A stretch of 64,000 bases of DNA from an uncultured Candidatus Saccharibacteria bacterium (GCA_964362175.1 CAYIDD010000001.1:64569-128568); one strand, 5' to 3'; positions 1 to 9,283 are shown, counted from the stretch's first letter. Numbers and translations are program-made. The notes: generated by a model from the sequence alone, not told the origin.

Positions 1-1
1 A

Positions 2-568
2 CCTCCCTTGATGCACGACTTCACCGAACTGCATCGTCTTCGGGTCGAGTTTGAGATAGAGACTTTTGCCCATCGACGGCCGCGCCGTCATCGGCTCCCC
101 TGCTTTGCGCTCCGCGTAATTGACGATAACCAGCCCATCGCGTATCTCCGTCGTCTGCGGGGCGACGCGGTCTCCGACGATGGTCGCATCTACCGATAGG
201 TAGCCATCACCCTTTCGGAGCGCTGCGGCCGCATAGAAAAAGGTACCGCTTCCTCCGCCTTCCTGCGTGAGGAGGAACGCGACATCGGCCACACCGTCGC
301 CATCAATGTCTCCTACCGCCTCGTTGCCGAAGTAGCGTGTGATGGTCTTCGATGCACTGCCGAGCGCTCCGCCAACTGGCGGATTCTCCTCGGCATAGCC
401 ATCACGCAACTGCACCGGCTTCCCCTCTATCATGTAGGTCAGGTCCTTGTATGAATCTTCCCCAGCCGATTTACCCTGTTTTTCCTGATAGGGAGAGCTG
501 TTCAACCAAAAAAACCCGCCAACAACAAGGGCCACGAGCGCCACCAACGCAAAGACCGCCTTACTCAT
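2..568 (-). CDS. hypothetical membrane-anchored protein, partial (runs off window start; N-terminus present)
   Basis: ATG at 568-566 (rc) then hydrophobic segment AVFALVALVALVVGGFFWL; reading frame stays open to position 2 (about 189 codons); absent from ORF track because no stop inside window; AGGA 8 nt upstream of ATG. Confidence 0.5.
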   Translation of the reverse strand, partial: MSKAVFALVALVALVVGGFFWLNSSPYQEKQGKSAGEDSYKDLTYMIEGKPVQLRDGYAEENPPVGGALGSASKTITRYFGNEAVGDIDGDGVADVAFLLTQEGGGSGTFFYAAAALRKGDGYLSVDATIVGDRVAPQTTEIRDGLVIVNYAERKAGEPMTARPSMGKSLYLKLDPKTMQFGEVVHQGR

Positions 569-644
569 CCCCAAATCCTACCACACCCCCTTCCACCCCC
601 CACACGCGATGCGATTTTCATACGCGCGGAGTGTATATCGAGCG

Positions 645-850
645 TTACTCCAATAGTTCTGCCAGCCTAACCCCTAAAACCTGAGCTATTTTTGCAAGGG
701 TGGTTAAAGTCGGGTTCTTGTGACCGTTCTCCAAGCGACTTATGTAGCTTTTGTCCACGTTCGAATACGCTTGGCCGATTTTTCAGAAAATCCAGCCGCA
801 GCAATTAACTCTGCCTTGAAATCTGGTAAATCTCGCAATAGATGCTCCAT
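645..850 (-). pseudogene. XRE-family helix-turn-helix regulator, disrupted by frameshift/indel
   Basis: Minus-strand frame A reads MEHLLRDLPDFKAELIAAAGFSEKS... then stop; overlapping frame B reads ...SYISRLENGHKNPTLTTLAKIAQVLGVRLAELLE*, a textbook Cro/C1-type HTH C-terminal half; the two halves are out of frame by an inserted ~29 nt. Confidence 0.4.
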
Positions 851-920
851 TGTCTTTATTTTCGACAGGGCCGTTTCAAATTCACGAGCACGAAGAATAT
901 GAAGATTAGCGTGTTTTCCC

Positions 921-1055
921 TTAGAAAAGTGCTATTTCTTCTGGCCTTACGCTCGCTCCAATGAGCAGCTCTGCGATGTTGTCTATTTCGCCATGCGTCG
1001 CTCCTGCACCAAATAAATACGCGACTTTCGTTTTTTTCAAGGTCATTTCAGACAT
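921..1055 (-). CDS. small ORF (44 aa), possibly N-terminal remnant of a decayed gene
   Basis: MSEMTLKKTKVAYLFGAGATHGEIDNIAELLIGASVRPEEIALF; preceded by same ~28-nt leader element as the DUF1905 gene. Confidence 0.2.
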   Translation of the reverse strand: MSEMTLKKTKVAYLFGAGATHGEIDNIAELLIGASVRPEEIALF

Positions 1056-1067
1056 GTCTAAAAATCA

Positions 1068-1094
1068 TCCCACAAATCTCGCCTTTGGGGAACC
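1068..1094 (-). repeat. copy 1 of ~28-nt leader element (tcccacaaatctc-gcc-tttggggaa-cc)
   Basis: near-identical to 1454..1481; both sit ~11 nt upstream of a minus-strand start codon. Confidence 0.6.
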
Positions 1095-1101
1095 TGCGGG
1101 G

Positions 1102-1443
1102 TTAGCGCTGGATGTCTAGGGTGAAGGTGATGATGTCGCCCTGGGCGATGCCTTCGGCGCGGCGGACGGAGGCCTTGAGCGGAAGAATGTAGGTGCCGGA
1201 GCGTGAATCGGGGAAAATTGATGTTTCCCACTTGGTTTTTCCAAGCGTTACGCGCACACGTACCGCGCCGAATCCCCTCCTGCTTTTTCCAAACCTCCCT
1301 CTAATACCTTCCGACTGCTTCTTGTCGACATACGCAAAGTGCCACGCGCCCTGCGCGCCGGGCCAGAGCACCACTTCCGAGCGGATTTTGTATATCTTCT
1401 TTGCCGTCGACCGGTTGATGGTCGACACCTGTGGACGGGCCAT
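1102..1443 (-). CDS. DUF1905-like small protein
   Basis: ORF track 1102..1461; start moved to ATG at 1443 (MARPQV...) which has GGGAGGA SD 8 nt upstream; sequence pattern WHFAYV...GAVRVRVTLGKTKWETSIFP...YILPLK...GDIITFTLD typical of DUF1905. Confidence 0.55.
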   Translation of the reverse strand: MARPQVSTINRSTAKKIYKIRSEVVLWPGAQGAWHFAYVDKKQSEGIRGRFGKSRRGFGAVRVRVTLGKTKWETSIFPDSRSGTYILPLKASVRRAEGIAQGDIITFTLDIQR

Positions 1444-1453
1444 GCGAAGATCC

Positions 1454-1481
1454 TCCCACAAATCTCCGGTTTGGGGAAACC
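1454..1481 (-). repeat. copy 2 of ~28-nt leader element, contains hairpin CCGGTTT-GGGG-AAACCGG and the SD of the DUF1905 gene
   Basis: tcccacaaatctccggtttggggaaacc; 13+9 identical positions with copy 1. Confidence 0.6.
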
Positions 1482-1499
1482 GGAATACCTAGGGGCAAT

Positions 1500-2651
1500 T
1501 CAGCGCCATCCCTTGGCAACATCCCACTTGATCTTCATGATCGAACCGAGCGCGAGCAGAACGAGGAGGAATTTCGCAACGGAGCCGACGAGCGGAATGG
1601 ATCCGAGGAGCGTGAACACGACCACACCAAGAAGTATCGTCTGCCATGTGGCCTGATATTCGGCCGACTTGAACATCCACTTGTGCACCAGACTTCCGAC
1701 GACGATCGAAGCGAACGCACAGGAGACAAGCATCAAGATCGCAAACGCAAGGAGGCCGAGTATGCCGAATGGAATGCCGATCAGTGTCACGAGTGCGATG
1801 ATCGATGCGATGGGAAGAACGACGAGGACGATAAGACCTCGGCCCATCTCAAGAAGCGGCTGAGCCATCGCGTTGCGGACGAATGTTTGAGTGTAGCGCT
1901 TGAACACGAGCCCGAGCACCAGGGCAAAGGCAAGCATTGCGAGGAATTTGATGAGAATGAAGACGGACAGGATGGCCAAGATGCTTGTCGTCGAGATGGG
2001 GAACGTCGACGTCGCTGCCTTTTGCTGCTCGAACGTAGTCTTGCCGCGTACGACGGCGCCCGTTTCCAATACTGCTTCCGACTGAGCTGTGTAATCAAGG
2101 TTTCCTTCAATGATAGCGTCTTTACCGAGGGTGAGTTTTCCACCCTTGAACTCTACGTTGCCGCGCACGCGGGAATTGATGACTACTTCCCCACCGGAAA
2201 GGCGCATATTGCCCCCCACGGGCGCTGTCACTTGTAGTGCACCTCCGCCCCAGAGCACGTCACCTCCCACGCCACCACCGGAAATTTGCGTCTGCCCGCC
2301 GCCTATCAGCACGTCGTTGCCGACTTTTCCGTTGAGGAGAATATTGCCGCCGCCAATTCGTGCATCGTCGCCGATATCGGCGATAACAGTGATCGAGCCG
2401 CCGCCCACGATAAGGTCTTGCGAGACGGGGCCGCTGACGGCGATAGTGCCGCCAGCCGCCACGAGGTCACCGTTTACTTTACCGGCACTTGTCGTATTGG
2501 CCCCAATAAGATAGAGGTCACCCTTGGTCGTTTCAGACTGCACGAGCGTCGGCGAATTGCCGGTCCGCACATCAGCTGCAAACGCTACTACGGGGATAAT
2601 GAGCACGCTTATGAGTAATGCGCCCCACGAAACCCTGCGTGATGTATTCAT
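1500..2651 (-). CDS. bactofilin-repeat (polymer-forming cytoskeletal, DUF583-like) protein with signal peptide and C-terminal polytopic membrane domain
   Basis: 383 aa; N-terminal signal-like segment, then repeated G-rich beta-helix units (GDLVAAGGTIAVSGPV.., GNDVLIGGGQTQISGGG..) characteristic of bactofilin/CcmA, then ~5 predicted TM helices. Confidence 0.7.
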   Translation of the reverse strand: MNTSRRVSWGALLISVLIIPVVAFAADVRTGNSPTLVQSETTKGDLYLIGANTTSAGKVNGDLVAAGGTIAVSGPVSQDLIVGGGSITVIADIGDDARIGGGNILLNGKVGNDVLIGGGQTQISGGGVGGDVLWGGGALQVTAPVGGNMRLSGGEVVINSRVRGNVEFKGGKLTLGKDAIIEGNLDYTAQSEAVLETGAVVRGKTTFEQQKAATSTFPISTTSILAILSVFILIKFLAMLAFALVLGLVFKRYTQTFVRNAMAQPLLEMGRGLIVLVVLPIASIIALVTLIGIPFGILGLLAFAILMLVSCAFASIVVGSLVHKWMFKSAEYQATWQTILLGVVVFTLLGSIPLVGSVAKFLLVLLALGSIMKIKWDVAKGWR

Positions 2652-2759
2652 GCCGCAACTATACGCCTCTCCATACCACGCGCAACAGCGTTCAGCGGTG
2701 TACCAAAGCAGGCCTCACATTCAAGGCTTTCTTGGTGTCGGGGGCAGTATGGCCGCAGA

Positions 2760-3410
2760 CTACGGGGTTGTGGTGGTCGATCCAGGAACAGACGCGGGCG
2801 CTCCGCCGAGTCGGAGAGATGTGCGTATTGTGTCGAATGCGTTGAGGAGTGCCTGACGGTCGAATTCGCGCGTACCCGTGGCGTAATTACCTATATTCAT
2901 CGAATGGATGTAGTAGCGCACGGCTGTGCACGGAGAACTCTCCGAAAGTGCATATATCGTCTCGTCGTACAAATTCCCCGCCGCTACCCCGCTTGAGGTC
3001 GCCACCGAATACCCGGCACCGTTCTCTTGCACCGTACTCGCCTTCACATCGGCCGCGAGATAGATATCGCCCGTGCAGTTCTTGGCGCGGGGAAGTTGTT
3101 CGACGGCGAGGTATGTGTCGCTCGCGAGATTCGTACCCGCCGCCATCGCCGCGGGAATGGTGAATTTCACACCATGGATGGGCTTTTTCGGATTCACCTG
3201 ATCGTACACATGCGCGTCGCTCATGATGAAATCCTGCGGATAGACAACGGAGAACGTGGTCGTCGCGTAGGTACTCGTCGCCGCCTGCTGCGCCGTTGGC
3301 GCTTGTACCGATGCGGGCGCTGAAGTGCGCGGGAGCGTCTTCAGGACAAAGATCCCCGCCGCGACAACGAGAAGGACAACAACTCCACCGATGATCATTT
3401 TGTTCGTCAT
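2760..3410 (-). CDS. hypothetical membrane-anchored protein
   Basis: 216 aa, N-terminal TM (IIGGVVVLLVVAAGIFVL), Ala/Thr-rich extracytoplasmic part; no recognised domain. Confidence 0.55.
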   Translation of the reverse strand: MTNKMIIGGVVVLLVVAAGIFVLKTLPRTSAPASVQAPTAQQAATSTYATTTFSVVYPQDFIMSDAHVYDQVNPKKPIHGVKFTIPAAMAAGTNLASDTYLAVEQLPRAKNCTGDIYLAADVKASTVQENGAGYSVATSSGVAAGNLYDETIYALSESSPCTAVRYYIHSMNIGNYATGTREFDRQALLNAFDTIRTSLRLGGAPASVPGSTTTTP

Positions 3411-3411
3411 A

Positions 3412-3690
3412 CTATTTTATATCTTTATCCTTAGCCTCACCCCCCATTATATCTTTGGTCTGGATGGGGCTTTGTATGCCCGGCACCCATTCCGCATTAA
3501 TACTACCAAATTGCTTCTCATAATCAGCTATCTGGTGCGCGAGGTACTGCGAGAGCCTTTTCATGTGCTGGGGCGTCAGTGCGTACATGATACCGCTCTC
3601 TCCCGTGAGCATTCCTACCACAAAAAATTCCTGCGAGAATGCGACGGTGATATTTTCGCAGAATTGCTTGGGTGCCTTGTTGAAGTCCAT
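3412..3690 (-). CDS. small conserved hypothetical protein (DUF3467-like)
   Basis: 92 aa, tightly packed between neighbours, good GC3 bias. Confidence 0.45.
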   Translation of the reverse strand: MDFNKAPKQFCENITVAFSQEFFVVGMLTGESGIMYALTPQHMKRLSQYLAHQIADYEKQFGSINAEWVPGIQSPIQTKDIMGGEAKDKDIK

Positions 3691-3740
3691 ATGGGGTCAA
3701 TTATAGGCCTGTGCGGGCTTTTGTCCAAAACCCTCGGGTC

Positions 3741-4457
3741 CTACTGGAACAACTTTGAGAACCAGCCGAAGACACTGAATACCTCTTCGTGCGCCTGCAC
3801 GAACGCATCCGCATCATCCTTTGCCTTCTGCAAAGCTGCGATCTGCTCATTGAGCCCCGCCCTCACATCCACACTGATCGCCCGCTCCTTCGCTTTCTTT
3901 AAGCGTTCAATGTGATTTTCTGTGGTCGAAAGCGAGCTGCGCAAGATGCCGAGGTTCTTGAAGTCGGCACCGAAGAGAAACTCCAGAAGCGTGCTGCGAG
4001 CCTCTACCGCGTTGATCGCCCTGCTCGCCTCTTCGCTTGAAGAAGCCTGCTCGCGGGCCACTTCGCGAACATCGTCGCCGATACCGCGATCCTCATCAGC
4101 AAGATCGAGCAAGGACTTGAGCACATCTGCAACACGGCTGCGATGTTTTTCTCCCTCCCCCTCACTATCGTCATCCTGATCATCGGAGTCGTCATCTGCA
4201 TCGTCGTTTGCGTCATCGTTCGCATCGTCGTTCGCATCGTCGTTTTCGTCATCATCATCCCTTTGCCCTTGGGCACGGTCGCCAGTGTTCGATGGAATTC
4301 CCGGCACTGGCGTGGTAACGCCAACGGTGTCCTGTTCTATCCCCCCATTCTCGCTCTCATCATCCTTCGCAAAGGCCACGGATACGGACATTGCAAGAAG
4401 AATGAGACCTATTGCTGTCGCCATTAAGATCTCTGCTCTCTGCATAACTATGATCAA
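3741..4457 (-). CDS. secreted highly acidic low-complexity protein with C-terminal coiled-coil region
   Basis: signal peptide MATAIGLILLAMSVSVAFA; DDANDDANDDANDDADDD tract; C-terminal heptad-like helix. Confidence 0.55.
   Translation of the reverse strand: MIIVMQRAEILMATAIGLILLAMSVSVAFAKDDESENGGIEQDTVGVTTPVPGIPSNTGDRAQGQRDDDDENDDANDDANDDANDDADDDSDDQDDDSEGEGEKHRSRVADVLKSLLDLADEDRGIGDDVREVAREQASSSEEASRAINAVEARSTLLEFLFGADFKNLGILRSSLSTTENHIERLKKAKERAISVDVRAGLNEQIAALQKAKDDADAFVQAHEEVFSVFGWFSKLFQ
4190..4260 (-). repeat. 12-bp tandem repeat (x4-5) inside CDS encoding (DDAN)n
   Basis: gcatcgtcgttc units visible on + strand. Confidence 0.7.
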
Positions 4458-4551
4458 TTTACATTAATAAGACCGCTCTCACACCAACCCTATGCCGTAA
4501 GTATACTTTACGTGACCGAAAATGCGCATCCCCCAACTGCTTACAGCATCC

Positions 4552-5064
4552 TCACTGCATCCGCGTGAAATTCGGCCCGCTCGCGCTATTTAGGTACACG
4601 AGCTCGAGCGTGTCAGCAGCCTTCGTCACGGCAAAATACATACTCTCGCCGGCAAAGGTCATCTGGATATACACTACACCCTCAACAAGCCCTGTCGTCC
4701 CCTCCGGCGCCATGTCCGCGGTGAATGCACCCCAGATGCCGCTTTTTGTTGCTGTCTTATCCCCTTCATAGCGGTCGACAACGGTGCCATCATCCCGGAA
4801 TTCGCGTGTGAACTTCTGCTCATCACCGCTCCGCCACACTCCCACCATGGCGCGGGAAACGGCGCTCGCTTCGGGGCTTATCGCCCCATCGCGCACGGGG
4901 CGGACGGCGGCTGATACCGTACCCGCACCCTCACCCTCACGCGTTGCGTCTCGCGGAGTGGCAGCGACATTGTAGGAAATAAAATAAAAACAAACACCGA
5001 CCGCAACCGTGAGCAGTATGCCGATGAGGATCTTTCTTCCCGTGTGATCTACAGTTTGGTCCAT
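4552..5064 (-). CDS. hypothetical membrane-anchored protein
   Basis: ORF track 4552..5091; start placed at internal Met (MDQTV..) adjacent to upstream stop; single N-terminal TM. Confidence 0.5.
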   Translation of the reverse strand: MDQTVDHTGRKILIGILLTVAVGVCFYFISYNVAATPRDATREGEGAGTVSAAVRPVRDGAISPEASAVSRAMVGVWRSGDEQKFTREFRDDGTVVDRYEGDKTATKSGIWGAFTADMAPEGTTGLVEGVVYIQMTFAGESMYFAVTKAADTLELVYLNSASGPNFTRMQ

Positions 5065-5066
5065 AA

Positions 5067-5312
5067 TTATTTCTCTTCTAGATCCAAGCAAATCGAATTA
5101 ATGCAATACCGCTTGCCCGTTGGAGTGGGGCCGTCATCAAAAACATGGCCCAAGTGTCCTCCGCATCGTGCGCAGGTAATCTCCACTCTCTCCATGCCAA
5201 GTGTAGCATCCCTAAAGAGCGCTTCGGTACCCTTCTCACGCAACACCGCATACTCCTCGGGCGTGAGTATTTTTTGCCATTCCTTGTCCCGCTCCGGCAT
5301 CGGTCTTTTCAC
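5067..5312 (-). CDS. MsrB-like (methionine-R-sulfoxide reductase) with large in-frame internal deletion; possibly degenerate
   Basis: 81 aa, GTG start; C-terminal half [32 protein letters not shown] matches MsrB catalytic core, N-terminal EKGTE matches; ~50 residues including first CxxC and GWPSF motif are absent. Confidence 0.5.
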   Translation of the reverse strand: MKRPMPERDKEWQKILTPEEYAVLREKGTEALFRDATLGMERVEITCARCGGHLGHVFDDGPTPTGKRYCINSICLDLEEK

Positions 5313-5334
5313 GCCTCAAGTATAGCAAGAAAGG

Positions 5335-5372
5335 GCGCGGAGGTGATTTTGGGGCGGACCACACCTCCGCGC
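5335..5372 (-). terminator. putative rho-independent terminator of typA
   Basis: 11-bp perfect stem GCGCGGAGGTG/CACCTCCGCGC directly after typA stop on minus strand, followed by CCUUUCUU. Confidence 0.4.
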
Positions 5373-5451
5373 GGCGCTGCCTCGCCTTTTCGGCTCATTT
5401 TTGGGCAGGCGCTTCCCTCAGAATAACGCCGTACACCGGAACTGCAACGGG

Positions 5452-7242
5452 TTAGTCCTTTCTTCGCGCACGCGAACGCTCGATATCGGTGAGCTGTTGT
5501 TTACGCAAGCGTACCGATGTCGGCGTGATCTCCAGATATTCATCCTCCGCCATCACCTCAAGCCCGCGCTCGATGGTCAACGCAAAGGGCGGAATGAGAT
5601 TTATCGCCTCATCGGCTCCGCTTGAGCGCATGTTGGTAAGCTGTTTGCCCTTGGTCGGATTGACGGTCATTTCTTCGCCCTTGGACGTGTTGCCGATGAC
5701 CATGCCCTCGTACACTTCGATAGCGGGACCGATATAGAGGACGCCGCGCTCTTGCAAATTCCATAGTGAGAAACCGAGCGCTTTGCCGCTCGCCATCGAT
5801 ATCATCGAACCCACGTTGCGGTGACGGATCTCGCCCGCGAACGGTTTGAATCCGACGACGCGCGATGAAAGTATCCCCTCACCCTTGGTGTCGAGCACGA
5901 ATTGCGAACGATAACCCAAAAGCCCGCGCGTGGGGCCCTCGAAAATGAGGCGCACCTGATTCTCGTGGACTTTCATATCTTTCATAATGAACTTGCGCAC
6001 CCCCAAGCGTTCGATGATGGCACCCTGATAGACCTGCGGTGTATCGACCACCACTTCCTCGTATGGTTCGCTCCGCTCACCATCATTTTCCTGACGGAAA
6101 ATGACCTGCGGTTGCGAGACCTGCATTTCATAGCCTTCGCGGCGCATATTTTCCAAAAGAATTGCGACGTGCAATTCGCCGCGACCGGATACCTTGAATA
6201 TATCGCCCCCCGAAAAATCGACACGCAATCCGACGTTGACCTCAAGCTCGCGCTCCAACCTGTCGCGGATCTGACGCGAAGTGACGAACTTGCCTTCGCG
6301 CCCCGCGAAGGGAGAGTTGTTGACGAGAAAGTTGAGCGTGATCGTCGGCTCATCGATAGCGATCGCCGGAAGCGGCTCCGCGTTCGCATCGGTCGATATG
6401 GTCTCTCCGATATAAATATCCGGCAATCCCGCGATCATGACGATGTCACCCGCTGTCACTTCGGCCGATTCTATTTTCTGGAGACCCCTGAAGGTGAACA
6501 TCTTCGTTATTTTCCCGTTGCGTGTTTCGCCGGTGGGCTTTTTTACGGATACGGCATCTCCCGTTCGGAGCACACCCTCGTACACGCGGGCGATCGCGAG
6601 CCTGCCGAGGAAGTTGTCGTACCCGAGATTGAACGGCTGCACGCGGACGGGCGCTCCCTCCTTCGCCAAAGCTACGGAGGGCACGTGCGCAAGTATTGTA
6701 TCGAGAAGCGGCGTGAGATCGCTCGACTCCTCGGTGAGTTTCATTTTCGCTATCCCCTGCTTGCCGATCGCATACACTATCGGGAAGTCGGCTTGCTCAT
6801 CCGAAGCACCGAGTTCCAAAAAGAGTTCGAGCACCTGCTCTTCCGTACGCGCGGGGTCGGCTGCGGGCTTGTCGATCTTGTTGATGACAACGATGGGCTT
6901 GAGTCCAAGCTCAAGGGATTTTTTCAAGACGAACCGTGTCTGCGGCATAGGACCTTCCTGTGCATCGACCACAAGGAGAACGGAATCGATGGAGCGCAAG
7001 ACCCGCTCGACCTCGCTTCCGAAATCGGCGTGCCCCGGAGTGTCTACGATATTGATCTTGGTGTCTTTGTAATAGACCGCCGCGTTCTTGGAGTAAATGG
7101 TGATGCCGCGCTCGCGCTCCAGGGCATTGGAGTCCATGGAGACACCCTCTTCCGCGACCCCCGTCTGGCGCAAAAGTGCATCCGTCAGGGTTGTTTTCCC
7201 GTGGTCCACGTGCGCGATAATGGCTATATTTCTGATTTCCAT
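5452..7242 (-). CDS. typA: translational GTPase TypA/BipA
   Basis: 596 aa; [11 protein letters not shown]1 motif, DTPGH, NKIDK, full BipA domain layout. Confidence 0.95.
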   Translation of the reverse strand: MEIRNIAIIAHVDHGKTTLTDALLRQTGVAEEGVSMDSNALERERGITIYSKNAAVYYKDTKINIVDTPGHADFGSEVERVLRSIDSVLLVVDAQEGPMPQTRFVLKKSLELGLKPIVVINKIDKPAADPARTEEQVLELFLELGASDEQADFPIVYAIGKQGIAKMKLTEESSDLTPLLDTILAHVPSVALAKEGAPVRVQPFNLGYDNFLGRLAIARVYEGVLRTGDAVSVKKPTGETRNGKITKMFTFRGLQKIESAEVTAGDIVMIAGLPDIYIGETISTDANAEPLPAIAIDEPTITLNFLVNNSPFAGREGKFVTSRQIRDRLERELEVNVGLRVDFSGGDIFKVSGRGELHVAILLENMRREGYEMQVSQPQVIFRQENDGERSEPYEEVVVDTPQVYQGAIIERLGVRKFIMKDMKVHENQVRLIFEGPTRGLLGYRSQFVLDTKGEGILSSRVVGFKPFAGEIRHRNVGSMISMASGKALGFSLWNLQERGVLYIGPAIEVYEGMVIGNTSKGEEMTVNPTKGKQLTNMRSSGADEAINLIPPFALTIERGLEVMAEDEYLEITPTSVRLRKQQLTDIERSRARRKD

Positions 7243-7275
7243 AGAATTGAAAGGAAAATGCCTCGTTGCCGAGGC
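7243..7275 (-). terminator. hairpin GCCTCG-TTGC-CGAGGC plus U-rich tail between dsbA-like gene and typA
   Basis: perfect 6-bp stem at 7260..7275, followed on minus strand by AUUUUCCUUUC. Confidence 0.35.
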
Positions 7276-7339
7276 ACCGAAGTGTCAGTATCCCCCAAAA
7301 TACGCTCTGCGTCAATGGATCTACCGGAACGCGAACCCG

Positions 7340-8056
7340 CTAGAGTTGCCCCTCTATTGCAGCAACGAAATTCGCAAGCGGCTGAGCGCCATCGATCGAT
7401 CGTGTGCCGACGATGAATCCGGGTGTACCGCCGATGCCGAATGATGCCCCCTCCTGCTGGTCCGTAGTGATCACCTTTTCGTAGTCAACCCTCTTCGCCG
7501 CGACACGTGCTTTCAGTGTAGTCGTATTAACACCCGCGATCGAGGCACTCAGCTTGAGGATACTCGCCTCATCGCCAAATCCCCCATGCTCCTGATCCTG
7601 TGCCGCATACATTGCTTCATTCCATTCGAAAAATTTATCCGGGTAGAGGTCCCACATCGCATGCTTATAGAGAGCGGCAGTGGTCGAATCGGGACCGAGG
7701 AACGCGAAATCCTTAAAGACGATCTTGAGTTTTCCTGTGTTCACGTATTTTTCCATCAGTGTCGGCAATACCGTGGTCTCGAATTGTTTGCAGAACGGGC
7801 ACTGGTAGTCGGACCAGTAGGCCATTACGAGCGGCGCGTCCGCCTCCCCGACGTACGGGGCTTTTGAAACATCTACATCTCCGACGTTGACCTTTTGGGG
7901 CTGTTCACCACCTGCCGCGACTCCCCCTTTGCCGGAAAGCCCCAAGAAAATACCGCCGCCGATAATGACGCCGGCAGCGACGATCGCTATTGGAACGTAA
8001 AGCGCGCTCATGTCTTTCTGAGCGGGCGCGGTCGTTTGTGTGTTTTCCGATGGCAT
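7340..8056 (-). CDS. DsbA-family thiol:disulfide oxidoreductase, membrane-anchored
   Basis: 238 aa; N-terminal TM; CPFC active-site motif; thioredoxin fold pattern. Confidence 0.8.
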   Translation of the reverse strand: MPSENTQTTAPAQKDMSALYVPIAIVAAGVIIGGGIFLGLSGKGGVAAGGEQPQKVNVGDVDVSKAPYVGEADAPLVMAYWSDYQCPFCKQFETTVLPTLMEKYVNTGKLKIVFKDFAFLGPDSTTAALYKHAMWDLYPDKFFEWNEAMYAAQDQEHGGFGDEASILKLSASIAGVNTTTLKARVAAKRVDYEKVITTDQQEGASFGIGGTPGFIVGTRSIDGAQPLANFVAAIEGQL

Positions 8057-8092
8057 CGGACCATTCTACACTATCGGCGAAATATGCAAGGA

Positions 8093-9283
8093 CTACTTCT
8101 TCACACCCTCAAGAACGCCCCATATCGCGGGGTCTTGGCCTCCATCGAGCTTGAAGATGGAAATGCCGCGCACACCTAATTTCTTTGCCAGATCTATTTT
8201 CGTCTTGACCGAGTACGCATCAGACCACACCATCATGCGGAAATTGAGATGCGAATTGTAGGTATCGGCATAGAGCGCAGCACCCGCCGCGGCGAGGAAT
8301 GCCGAGTTTGGCCCGAGAGAAACCGGATCGGAGGACGTCGCGGCGGGAGTATAGGTAAAATACATCTCGCCTGTGCCATTGCGTTGCGGCGTGATCCCAT
8401 ATTGCGCCGCGAGCGGGATCGCGTACCCGGGATTAAAGGTCCACAATATGTCGTATATATATTCCTTTCCCTCATACGCGGTCACATCATATTCGTACCC
8501 GTACGTCGGGACGCCGATAAGTATTTTATTTTTCTTGATGTTTTTTGCGGCGAGATTCACCACTTTTTCTACCCATGCGGGGTCCGCAACGGGCGCATAC
8601 AACTCGGACGAGGACGCGGCCTTGGCCGCAAGTTGTAAGTCGACCGTCTGCTGGTCGTACGCCATGATGCGTACGCGATCACAGTATTTGTTGATGGCGA
8701 TGAAATCGTTGGCATAGATCGTTGCGTCGGGGGGCACCGTCGTCCCGTAGTAGCGGGAATCATTGGGGGTCCGTGATTCGATAGTACACATCACCCATTT
8801 GTTCCCCATCCGTTGGTAAAGACCTTTGAGGAATGTGGAGAAATAATCCTTGTCCGCCGCCTTCTTCCCTTCAAAATCGATATCGATACCGTCGAAGCCG
8901 TTGTCTTTTACGAGTTTGGCGATGCGATCCTCAAGCGCGATGCGCTTTTTTTGGCTGCTCAATATTTCATGAAGGAGCTCGCTGTTACTCGTCATGATGG
9001 TCGGAATGACCCGCACTTTCTGGCGTTTCGCCTCCGCGATAAAACTCTTCCACGGTTCCTCGTCAAGTTTTCCGTTATCGAGAAGTGTGCCGTCAGACTT
9101 GATCGTGTAGACGAACGGGTTTACCTCGGTGAGTTTGCTCAAATGGGGGAGAACATCGGCAGTGCCGGTAGCGGACCGCCAGTACGGGATCCACCCCGTT
9201 ACTTCAAATTTTGTCGCCGCGGCAGACGCCGGGATCGGCAAAGCGAAAAAAAGTGTGCACAGAAACGCGAGGATGTATCTCAT
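8093..9283 (-). CDS. secreted glycoside hydrolase family 18 (chitinase-like) protein
   Basis: ORF track 8093..9448; start moved to Met with signal peptide MRYILAFLCTLFFALPIPASA; DGIDIDFE catalytic motif. Confidence 0.8.
   Translation of the reverse strand: MRYILAFLCTLFFALPIPASAAATKFEVTGWIPYWRSATGTADVLPHLSKLTEVNPFVYTIKSDGTLLDNGKLDEEPWKSFIAEAKRQKVRVIPTIMTSNSELLHEILSSQKKRIALEDRIAKLVKDNGFDGIDIDFEGKKAADKDYFSTFLKGLYQRMGNKWVMCTIESRTPNDSRYYGTTVPPDATIYANDFIAINKYCDRVRIMAYDQQTVDLQLAAKAASSSELYAPVADPAWVEKVVNLAAKNIKKNKILIGVPTYGYEYDVTAYEGKEYIYDILWTFNPGYAIPLAAQYGITPQRNGTGEMYFTYTPAATSSDPVSLGPNSAFLAAAGAALYADTYNSHLNFRMMVWSDAYSVKTKIDLAKKLGVRGISIFKLDGGQDPAIWGVLEGVKK

Noticed and set aside
1193-2237. Plus-strand ORFs 1193..1492, 1339..1656, 1431..2237 overlapping the bactofilin-repeat gene
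   Set aside because: Antisense/out-of-frame to a well-supported 383-aa gene with clear domain structure. Gly-codon repeats create open antisense frames.
4180-4270. Tandem short repeats considered as possible CRISPR or other arrays (also 63338..63420)
   Set aside because: Unit lengths of 12 and 18 bp, in frame inside CDSs, with no spacers. They encode low-complexity peptide repeats and are not CRISPR. No CRISPR-like repeat-spacer array seen anywhere in the window.
5902-7416. 504-aa ORF on + strand opposite typA, one of several long antisense ORFs (others: 17995..18954, 19024..19908, 29765..30619, 38330..39154, 53575..54495, 56979..57983)
   Set aside because: Each lies antisense to a strongly supported conserved gene and has Arg/Ser/Pro-rich low-complexity translation typical of GC-rich antisense frames. 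No independent start or RBS context.
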